Shown piece after piece: positions 53,048 through 63,300 of a DNA stretch of 64,000 bases (the stretch's first letter is position 1; every line of letters begins with the position of its first letter). The translations under genes and the position numbers were made by a program. The stretch is from Catajapyx aquilonaris (lineage: Eukaryota): positions 1-64,000 of the forward strand of contig JYFJ02000923.1 of assembly GCA_000934665.2 (NCBI GenBank), read 5' to 3'. The notes below the pieces were generated by a model that searched no databases, was not told the DNA's origin, and worked only from the letters and a program-made list of their open reading frames with translations.

Positions 53048-53311
53048 AGGGCGACACGGTGGCGTAGTGGTTATCGCCGCAGCCTTCCACCTCAGAGGTC
53101 CCGAGTTCGATCCCAGGATCGAACAGAGGATATTTATGTGGATAGAGTTTCGATGGGTTCTCTCCGTGTTAGCGTGGGGTTTCTCGTGGTTCTCCCGTTT
53201 CCTCCCACTATCAAAATCCATCATAGCTCAGCAGGCAATGATTAAAGACGGTAGGCTACATGAAAAGATGATCCCCTAAGATGCCTAAGGAGGCCTAATT
53301 ATTATTAATAA
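53048..53311 (+). mobile_element. tRNA-derived SINE (family B, V-domain-like), 17-bp TSD
   Basis: GGGCGACACGGTGGCGTAGTGG ... GAGTTCGATCCC; homologous to 52634-52948. TTTAATATTAGCCTGTG occurs at 53031-53047 and 53312-53328. Confidence 0.9.
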
Positions 53312-53686
53312 TTTAATATTAGCCTGTGCTTTTACACAACAAACCAGCTAGGAATTGCTGATGTATGATTCATTACTAACGCACAAAAATATGAAAATCA
53401 CAGATGTGACTTGGTGCCACGGAGATTATTTACACGCATAGTGCCTGTGAGGCACCGGCCATCCGAACGAATTCGAACAGAAATGAACATATTGTTGTTC
53501 CGCAAGACACCAAGTCGTGATCATGTATAGACTGTGTGACTTAATAATTATGCTACACGGTATATTTCACTTACCTTTGAAACTTATGAGAGTAGTTTCA
53601 AGAGATTATATTCATACACGACAGCGTTCGAATTGTGTCAGGTCCTGTCAGAACATCCTTCTGCTCTCGTCAGAGGTTGTTGACCT

Positions 53687-53824
53687 GGGGGTGGGTTCAT
53701 CATAATTAATGTCGTAAGTCAAATTTTCGTCGTAACCGGTAGTAACCATTGTTACTAATAATTAACTAACTATGGTTACGACGAAAATTTGACTTACGAC
53801 ATTAATTATGATGAACCTACCCCC
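53687..53824. mobile_element. MITE with 51-bp inverted repeats (PIF/Harbinger-like ends, tentative)
   Basis: 53687-53737 is the reverse complement of 53774-53824 with one mismatch; 36-bp spacer. Confidence 0.85.
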
Positions 53825-54002
53825 GGATTCACAGTTGCCAGATGCACAGGGCGGTAAGAGAAAATGCGCGCTATTTGAATAACGTAAGCGCTATTAATAG
53901 TTCTTATTATGCTGTATTATTGTTAAGTATTGTGTATCAGTGTATGCCTATGTAAATATCGACCCGTCATTATGAAGCAGCGATTACAGTAAAATATGAA
54001 CT

Positions 54003-54030
54003 CAATAATAATAATAATAATAATAATAAT

Positions 54031-54086
<56 letters not shown>

Positions 54087-54240
54087 CCTAATAATAATAA
54101 TAATAATAATATTTATTTATTTATTTATTTATTTATTTACCACCCCGCGAGGCATATTACATCAATAAGGGGGGTGTCTCACAAAACAATATCGCAAAAT
54201 TTGAGTGATCTCGCCAGCCCACAAAAGAAAAAAAATACAC
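54003..54240 (-). mobile_element. Short 5'-truncated retroposon insertion with compound microsatellite tail
   Basis: GTAAAATATGAACT is duplicated at 53989-54002 and 54241-54254. It encloses (AAT)n(CAT)n(AAT)n(TTTA)n plus ~100 bp of unique sequence. Confidence 0.65.
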
Positions 54241-54629
54241 GTAAAATATGAACTTGTATACATATCAGGTCCGAATGCCTCCGTTGTGTAAATATTATTC
54301 CTTCCACTTAACTGGTGTATTTGTACGTACTATACAGGTCCTCGAATTTACCGTGCCAATTTGTTAAAATATCAACCAATCTGTTGTATTCATTTGCCAC
54401 TATTCCGAGTATAAATGCCGAACCCATTGATCAGTATTAGCCGGGGGTCTATATAATTATTGTAATAAATAATGTAATGTATAAATATTGTAAGTTGTTG
54501 TGAAAACTGACAGTACAATACGTTTGGAATTAAATACATTTTAATATTCATGCTGAAGTGTTGTAAACACACCATTTGGCTGATTTAAAAGGCTTCTAAT
54601 ATTTTGTCTTCTCTCTTTCTACCATTCAG

Positions 54630-54759
54630 AATGGCACCTACGCTTGTTCATCATTATGCCCAGATGAAGCATTAGTGCCAGGTCGAGAGTGTCGCCACCC
54701 AAGGTTGGTGGAAGTTCCCGGAAGATGTTGCAGGGAGTGGATGTGCGACGGTGAGCCAG
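54630..54759 (+). CDS. Ccn: CCN coding exon 4, C-terminal half of VWC domain
   Basis: Long pyrimidine tract then cAG|AAT. Encodes NGTYACSSLCPDEALVPGRECRHPRLVEVPGRCCREWMCDGEP, matching CCN PR.V..PG.CC.EW.C. Donor CAG|GTGAGA, phase 1 (alternative donor after 54750). Confidence 0.93.
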
Positions 54760-55648
54760 GTGAGAAACTCTTTTTCACCTCCGAATTACTTCCGCAAAAG
54801 TAACTGTATCATTCAGGAGACACTTGGATGTACTTGTGAAACTTTAAAGTAGGCTACCCTTGGGGAGTGCTCTACCTTCCTGCCAATGGGCAGAACACCT
54901 GAGGGAGATGGGAAAGTATCAAATTCAGTAGATAAAACCAGTGTGATAATAGACGTAAATCCTGTGAATAGCCAATCTATCTGCACTATTGTTAGGCTGT
55001 CCTCTTTTACTGCAACAACATAAAGGCTGGGTGTGGTTTTGAGCTTGTAAACCTGGAAGAGACATAGAAGTCTTGCCGTGGCCAACCGCTTTCAAGCGCT
55101 TGGAAATCGATCTGTTGGAAACCACCAGAAATTGGTTGAGCATGGCAGTACCTCCTGTATAAGTAGGAGTTTCTATGAGTCTGCGGTTTGCTCGGATTAG
55201 AAGTATAACGCCTCCTAAACATTCTGAGAGCGGAATAGTACTGAGCGGAATTGAATCACCTCTCCAGAGAAACCACATGCTATGTGTTTAGCTTTTAGAT
55301 AGTGCAAGTTGAGATGTAGAGGAGGAAGCAGAGAAACACTGCAACTTTATTCTATTTGTTGCATACTTCAATGCTGCTGCTTGAAGGCACAAAATGCGAT
55401 ATTCCACTAGGGTGAAACGTTGCAGAGCACCATTAAAGTCATACAGTGCTCGTGAAGGAATGCAATAAATCTTGAAATACTGTGCCCGTTTGGTATAGCA
55501 GCTCTTATTACAATTTTTTATTCTTTATTCTTTTGAAACACACTGTACTGTATGCATGGATAGAGCACCAAAAATTTCTGTTTTTTAATGTCCACTTTGG
55601 TTGAGTGATTGGGCGGATAGTAATGTTATGGTACCTATACTCTTGTAG

Positions 55649-55860
55649 CATGGACTCTTCTCCCTTGCCCCGCATCTTTGGTGGACTGGAGCCCATGTTC
55701 AGCCCCATGCGGACTTGGTCTATCAGTACGGACATCCAGTCAAGTTGACCTCTGTCGCCCTCGAAACGAAACCAGGTTGTGTCAGATCAGACCCTGCAGT
55801 GGTGGTCACCCTCAAGGCGAAATTGACGAAGAAATTCCTGCCCATCACCACCATCTGAGG
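55649..55860 (+). CDS. Ccn: CCN coding exon 5, thrombospondin type 1 domain
   Basis: tcttgtAG|CA, phase 1. Encodes (A)WTLLPCPASLVDWSPCSAPCGLGLSVRTSSQVDLCRPRNETRLCQIRPCSGGHPQGEIDEEIPAHHHHLR, with WSxCSxxCG and ETRLCxxRPC and 6 Cys. Donor AGG|GTAAGA, phase 0. Confidence 0.95.
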
Positions 55861-56389
55861 GTAAGAACTTTTTTTCTGCCACTTTAGATCGTGGATGGTC
55901 ATCATTCCACACAGCATTAAATTATCATGTAACTTGGCCCAATAGTCCGCTTATGGCGGTGACGTGGACTAGTAATGAGGCTGTCCGGCCCGTATCTGAC
56001 ACAATAATTGTCGCTATCAAAAAATGATGCCAGTCAAACTGCAAATCAATTGCATCGCAGGCCGTTGTTGTTGAATAAGGGACGCCTATGGCCAGTGGCG
56101 TCATGACCCTTGATTTACACCCGTATCCCACCACACTCTGAAACGGTTTTGGGGAACGGCCAAACTGGATTAACTTTTGCGTTTGGGGCGCCATTTCATG
56201 GCCCATTCGCGCAGCTTTTAAAACTGCCCGCCTAAGCCTGTCCTCGACTTACAGATTATTATTTTTTAGGCCTGGTTAGCTCTAGATCCTGCCGGTGCTT
56301 ATACTTTTTTAGATACCAATCGACGAGGCAATTCGGCAGTGTCTGGTGATGGATTAGTACTCTGCGTTCTAAAAAAATAATAAAAAGGT

Positions 56390-56460
56390 GCACTCATAGC
56401 TCAGGTGGAAGAGCAACGGCTTAAAGCTGGAGGTCCCGGGTTCGAGTCCCGGTGAGGGCA
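56390..56460 (+). pseudogene. tRNA-like sequence with defective anticodon arm (tRNA pseudogene or solo SINE head)
   Basis: Acceptor stem GCACTCA/TGAGGGC (1 mismatch), D stem GCTC/GAGC, T arm CCGGG-TTCGAGT-CCCGG. The anticodon arm is ~2 nt short, so identity is not assignable. Confidence 0.65.
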
Positions 56461-57248
56461 CTACTCTATAGCTTCATCACCAGTACCTGCAGGCATCGTA
56501 TATATTTTTCAAACCTGTCGTTTAATATCGGAATGGGGATGGCGTGCCTCAAATGTTGATAGATAATGAAGACAGCAGGCTTGAGTGGTGGGGGGTTGGG
56601 GGAACATGGGAGGTAATATATACTGCGCTCTGAAAAGGGAGTTGAGGATATCCGTTTCGCGCGATAAACGTCGGATGTGATTGGAGCCTCATATTTCAGG
56701 ATAGATTCATACCTGGCGATTACATGGGGAGTGCCTGCGGTCATTTTCAGAGAGGATAAAGCGATTTTGCCTGGAAGCCCATATTCAATTGCTCAAATTG
56801 TCCTAAAAACATGTAAAATGCTCTAATTAGCCTACACAGCATTGATTTCATTGGGCGCTACTACATAGAGGCGGATCAAAAAAAACATCACACCTGTGAC
56901 ACTACATTTTTGTGATGGCTAGAAAATTACCAAATTTTCTATTCTTCCGATCCGCATTCTTGCCATCTGTTGCGCACCACTAGAATCACTTGATAGCCTA
57001 GGATAGTCGAGCTGTAACTTTCCTGAAGACAGACTAGATGGCCTCAGATGGCACCACTGGGACCCCTCTTTTTCTCTCCCAGGACGATGACAGATGGGCC
57101 ACTTGTTCGCATTTCTAATCGTGCGAGGTGGGGGTGTGACCCGGCAAATGGCTGATTCCACACACCCTGGGGTTGTGTGAAATTACCACCATTTGCGGGT
57201 CCAAAGTTGAGTCGACAGTCAGTCCTGTGCCCAACATGATCTTTGCAG

Positions 57249-57632
57249 AAGGGCCGCTGGTGCAAGGCTACCAGACGGGTGTCCCGACCCGTCTTCCTGC
57301 ATGTTGGGGAATGCCAGAGTGAGCGGAGGTACCGGCCAAAGTTTTGCGGATGGTGTGGTGTGGGGTCACCTGCTCCTGAGTGCGAGCCGCAGCTTAGCAC
57401 CACCATCATGGCAGACTTCTTCTGCCCAGCGGAGGCAGTAGAGCGGCTGCAGGATCAGGAGGAGATGTCGGCTGAAGCAATGGTCAGGGTCATGGGGGTG
57501 TCATGGCCGCAGAATATGTGGAGACGGGAGGAGAAGATTTTGAGGGAAGAACTCATACGGCAACAATTGGCTGAGCAAGAAGAGGAGGAAGAAGAGGAGG
57601 AGGAGGAAGCACTGGAGGAAGAGGAAGAAGAA

Positions 57633-57663
<31 letters not shown>

Positions 57664-58046
57664 CTGAGGAGGAACGGAATCGTCGCCGACGGCGGAGCGC
57701 AAACTTTGCAAGCTGGACCGACTATGGCGATCATGACGAAGAGATTTTTGGAGAACCGGAACCGTTATTCCCAGATATGCCAGAATCAGAAGTGGAGTCG
57801 ACCAGCACTACAACCACGGCACCAAGCACTACCACGGTACAAGTCGAGGATGAAGATGAGGATGAGGATGAGGAGGAAGAGGATGGTTTGGAGACGTACC
57901 GCCGGGTCACCCTGAAGGTTCAATGGATTTTGAAGTGCAGCTGCGAAGTAGATCCAGTGGGCCAGACCGAAGAAACAGTGCGGCGCAATCAACAAGGCGA
58001 GGTCTTGCTGCACCGTGTGCACAGGACTGCGCAATCACAACCTTAA
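57249..58046 (+). CDS. Ccn: CCN terminal coding exon, CT cystine-knot domain interrupted by a large acidic insertion
   Basis: ctttgcAG|AAG. KGRWC...EC...YRPKFCGWC...EC.P..STT...F.CP matches the first part of the CCN CT domain, and VQWILKCSC matches its end. 265 aa to TAA 58044-58046. Confidence 0.93.
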
Positions 58047-58460
58047 TTCAAACTGTGATTCAGACTGAGACATTGGACACGAATGGGAATCTGCTAGTAG
58101 TTTTGCTGCTATTGCATTTTAGTGATTTCACGTCACTGAAAGTTCTTCCATAACATTGCACACTTTCAGCTAGCAACTGGAATCGTATATTGCAAGTCAG
58201 ATTCGACATATCAGTTGCAAACGCTAGTTATCAGTTAGTCAAACACCAGCAAATTCCCATTCCAGACGTTGACAATACGACCTTAGGCTGACATTATTGT
58301 CGAAATTGATAGCCAGTGGACGAATTGACTTTATCCGTATACGACCCCTTGCTCCATCCCGAAACCCTACAGTGGTAGTGCAGAACCAGTGGGAAGTGGA
58401 CCAAAACCCACCTCACAAAATGAAACAAGAAGAAGAAAATATGCGTGTGAATGGTTTAAA

Positions 58461-58466
58461 AATAAA
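58461..58466 (+). terminator. Candidate polyadenylation signal of the CCN gene
   Basis: AATAAA ~415 nt after the stop codon. Further AATAAA at 58900-58905 and 59029-59034; which is used is unknown. Confidence 0.35.
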
Positions 58467-60137
58467 GTATGTTACCTAAAATAGGGAACGACAAGAAAGC
58501 TACGTATAGGGACATATCCTCGTGCTACATGTGCCTCAATGTTGCCCCAAAGGGCAGCTGAATTATATTCCTTGTGTCTCTATCCCTTACCCATTCCTAA
58601 ATATTTACCCCTACAGTTTTCAGTGTACCGTAATTTCATTCTGTCATGGCGTCCGAGTGGAAATACGCTCATGGACTTTGATTGTCTTGGTGGGTAACAA
58701 AGAAGTATCATTGGCGTCTGCACTTTCCTCCCAAATACTTTCTTCCTTAAAATATAGCGGGACCAGTGAGACGTCGGAGAAAAATGTATCATGTCTTTGA
58801 ACTGTCTTCTTATTACAGTACACTGTTCTAGAGCCAGAACATACAATATACTGTAGGTGGTTGTGTCGTTCTCTGTCTATCACGTGAATCTACCAAAAAA
58901 ATAAATATATAGTACAAAATCAGTAATACACTCTTAATGCATACATCATTCATAAATGTCCGGGCTAACAATATGGCATGCTCTACCATAATGAACCTTT
59001 TATTCAAATGGCAGTATTAAACAGATTCAATAAATTTTCCATTTGGAATGTAATAATTGGGGGTATATACTGTAGTTCAGCAGCAGTTGACATTTCCTGG
59101 TTGTGCGCTGCATTTTTAGATATCGACTTCGTGTAAAATTCATGTCACGTTGACGAATTAAAATGTGAAAATGCGTGCATTGTGCAGCTTGTTATGATCT
59201 GTACGGCTTTTTACATTGTGTCAAATGGGCACTTTTGCCTCGGTTGCATTCGAAGGCTTCATTACTTTCCGTAATTGTTAAAACCAGTTGCTGTACAAAA
59301 TCACATTATGGTAAATCATAACTCATAAGCATCTAGTTCGATGTGCCATATCTGATCATTTGTGTAAATCAAGCTTCAAATTGTCCGCATTTAAAAAAAT
59401 TAAATAAGTTTGCGAATATACTTTATTAATAATTATGTAAACCGTGACCTGAACAGTGAATTACATGAGAGATTTGACTCGAGCAATTCGAAGCACATAA
59501 GGTTATCATAATCTGGACAACATTTCAGAAACATTAATATTTTTTACATTCCAATTACAAAATTGCAGAATATCTTAATGAGCTCAACTTCTGGGAAAGA
59601 TTTCGAGTTTTTACCTATAAGTCAATAGATCTATCCCAGTCAGATAAGGCAACGCTTGACAAATGCAGGCCAGTGACCAGCAACTTTATGCATAGGGTGG
59701 TTGGGTGTCAATATTTTCAGCCATGTGTCTCATTAACTTCAACCATCTTACGGAGGTGAATCAGACACCATATGGCAAGGTAAGTGGCGTCCAATATCCT
59801 GAAGAGAACTTCACATCACTAAGCGTGTTCCTGACTTCCGTATGACTTGTGGACAATACAGCTAGACAAAATAATATAATTCCAAAAGAAAGTACCCCTT
59901 TGGTAGTCTCTGGTAGTAATAGCCCTCTCGGCCTTGAATTCCTTTCACAAGACCTTGCGCCTGCAGGTTATGCTTCACATGCGACAAGGGTGCGGTTTCA
60001 TAACTGGTCGGGATAAAGGCGATTGCCTGAGTGACACCACATCAGGACGGGACGGACCCTTCAATGAACCACTTGCTTATTATTAGTTAATCATTCAAAT
60101 GACATCATTATATCCTCGCCGTCACATGTAGGCTATA

Positions 60138-60374
60138 GAGGGTGGTCCAAGTAATAGGGTTGTTTTTAGTTGTGGCTAATATCGCCAGAAGTAGTCATTT
60201 TTGTGTATAGCTTTTTGCACCCCCTATCCAGGCACCCAATTATTCCCAGGTGGTCGAATATCAACTGCTATAGTAGACTATATAATAGGGCATCTGGAGC
60301 TGGGCGCAACATGCTATAAAAAATTGCAGCTTCGAGAGGAATAACTAAAGCGACCGCGTAGTTGGAACACCCTG
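60138..60374. mobile_element. Tc1/mariner-like MITE
   Basis: TA|GAGGGTGGTCCAAGTA ... TAGTTGGAACACCCTG|TA. Interior resembles 48164-48390. Confidence 0.65.
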
Positions 60375-63300
60375 TATATAATCGATATTGATGGGAATAA
60401 AACGATCACGTTCTTCAAGATATAAGTAAGCCAATTCCGGAAATTAGAACGAGTACGGTATGCCTTTAAATCCGAATCAAAACTTATCACGCTTTTGATC
60501 TCGACATTGGCCATGATCGCTGATTGCAACCCGCCACGTGAAAGGATCAATGAAAGGCAAGGGGTACCATCGATCCATTGCAGAAGTTACACTGGAATTT
60601 CAAATTTCGAAGCAACCAATTTGGCTTCTACTCGACTCACGCCTGACATCACTGACCAAAGTGGAGTAGACGTCATGATCAGGGTAGTGTTTCTGGTATA
60701 AGTGGATTAGTAGAGTACAAAATATTAGTAGACTCATTTCAAGCGCAGACTGATCCTGAGACACTTTTCTACACAAACTTGTGAACTTCGCAAGTCTACA
60801 GATCAAGACGGGGATAAAGGAAAGACTGTACCAAGGACTGTACAGTACTCCATCCAGAATCAATCAGGGCAGCAGGTGTTGCATCGCATGTGGTACTGAG
60901 AGTGAGTGTTTCTTCCAACAGGTTGTTAATTTTTCAAATGGCTTCTGGGCGAAGCCGTCCATGACTTCTTCTCATCTACTTCATGCACTTGGGCAACGCA
61001 CCTCCAGGTATATACCACACCTGCCAGGCTGCCAGCTAATATGAAGATATTGCAATCAACAATCACCTATATATTGAAAATAATTTTAAAATGTGTCAGC
61101 ATTCTGTCATTTACTTTATCTTACAGAGTGTTCTACTAGAAATTAAAATATCCTTTGTGGCTCTCGATTTTTGACACTAAGATGCTTATTTTTAAGCAGT
61201 TACTTTTATAGTGGTAACCAAGAGTATTAGCAGCTTATGGTAGGTTACGTGGACTCATCCTTTTTAACGCCTACAAATGGGGCCTGGCCTACATAATATG
61301 AGTTCTATCATTGACTCTCGTTGCCAATTGTCCCAATGGGCCATTCCCAATCGGAAATTCATTGCAATTCCGAGTCTGCGGATATTCAATGTGGCCTAAT
61401 AATAGCAGCTAATACTTTTCATAATCTTTAGAAGTAATTGCGTAAGTGCGACTGCTTAACACATAGAAGCTTAGTGTCAACAATATATTGGTATAACTAC
61501 TTGTAAAATAAACATTCCAATTGGAACAACCTGCATGTTTTAGGAAGTTTTCGCCAATAATTATTCTGACGCTATATACAATCATCAGCACACCAGCAGG
61601 TGAACGTTATTGGGGAAGTGTTAATAGTCGTATATTTGGCCGAGCTAGCTAATCTCGAATGTATTCAGCCTCACAATAGCATCACAATAGGCAACAATGG
61701 CTGCCAACAATATCCACATGGTAACCTAACTTATTTTTAAAAGATGTGCATCAATACTTTTATAAGAATATACCGTATACAATAGTAGAGTAGATAGAAA
61801 ACAAGGTTTTCAGATATTGTAATGGACTAATGGAGCTAGCGCCCAAAAGTGGCGAAATAATACAACATGCTTCGTCTTCCAAATATTATTGCGATCAAAT
61901 AATATTTATGTCATCAGCCAGGCAACAATTATTTCACCAATAATATTGCAACCACACAGGTGTTTCATAATGATTCAAACTCCCAGTGTACATAGTGTGC
62001 ACCATGCATAATCCACGTTCTGCCTCAAAATATAGCAGCTTTCTCTCCTCCACCCTCCGGTCACAGCTCATTTTGCTCCAACTTCCTCTCGCGACATGAC
62101 TTGTTAGTGCGAATAAGCCCTTTCAACATGGCGGCGCCCCAAGATATTTCCGGCGTCCCGCCTTAGGCCCTGGCATAATTAACACCGTTTTCCAGCGGCC
62201 TTCTTTCCGCCAGGCCACAGCAATACTGCAATAATGATTGCCAAGTGGATGGATTGAGATAATGCACGTTCCACTGGCTGGGACGGTGTGTGAGATGGGC
62301 TCATCTGCGTGTTTGCATCCGCGAATAATAAGGTGGAGGAAATTGAGGAGCCTAGGAAAAAGGGAGGATAGAAGAGTGGGGATGTGATGGGAGGGGTCAT
62401 TCTGGAGAGCCTCGGCCAGCTTTGCATGGAAATTGACTTCTTTTCGGCCTCATTTATTCCAGCCCCAGTTGATTCTGCTGAAGCGCATTCGCTCACTTCT
62501 AGCTTGCTTGCAGGATGACAATAATAATAGTTAGTGACAAAAAGGAGCAGGGGGTTCATCCAACAGATTTTTCCAGAGAGCATCGCTATTGGGACGGATC
62601 GTCCCATCATTATTTCGGTGGAAATGGACTGGAGTGGCGCTGCAGGAGAAATTGGAGAGGAGACAAGAGAGATGCTTTCGACACGGGGGGCCCAATTAAT
62701 CAATCGATCCATATGTCTGTTTGCTCTGTCACTGTGGGAAACCTCCTATCCTGACTTCCCGCACAATGGTACCAACCTTATTAGCGGAATTAAATTCCCC
62801 GGAGGAGTCTGTACCGGCAGAGACGGACAGGTACTGATCAGGCTTCTGTCCGGAGCAATCGAGCTGCCCTAGAAGACACTATAACCTATAGTGTCACATA
62901 TTATGGGGATATTACCTCACATTCCGCATTAACTGAATAATTACATGTTAAAATTAACACATTAGAGCCCACGTTCTTATTAGATTTATAGGCAATGAAT
63001 ATCGAAAAGGTGGGCCAGAATGTGCCGTATATAGGTGGGGGTGAGATTGTTTTTGGAGGCCAGTCTCGATGATAAAGTGGCGGTGATGGTGCTCGTTATT
63101 GGGAATTTGTGCAACCGAGTGGAAAGGGAAGGAACGAAGGCACTTCGGAGGGGAGGATTTTACCTTCAGGCCCTGGAATGAATAGCAATAAGCACGGACA
63201 AGAGGAGCTGCGGTTTGATAATTACACTAAGCTTCTAATCCGGAACAACTACCCGCATCGGTCCTCTCAGAGAGGATCTAACTTCCCACATGGCCTAACT

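Noticed and set aside
54813..55278. Overlapping minus-strand ORFs with two acceptor-like sites, considered as upstream exons of the nested gene or a CCN hinge exon
   Set aside because: Could not build a consistent spliced model. The + strand acceptor at ~54816 hits a stop in the required phase.
60780..61050. Minus-strand peptide DGFAQKPFEKLTTCWKKH resembling a hAT TTF-type zinc finger
   Set aside because: Too short and interrupted by stops.
62179..62872. Overlapping ORFs of 79-177 aa
   Set aside because: No domain similarity or convincing splice structure.
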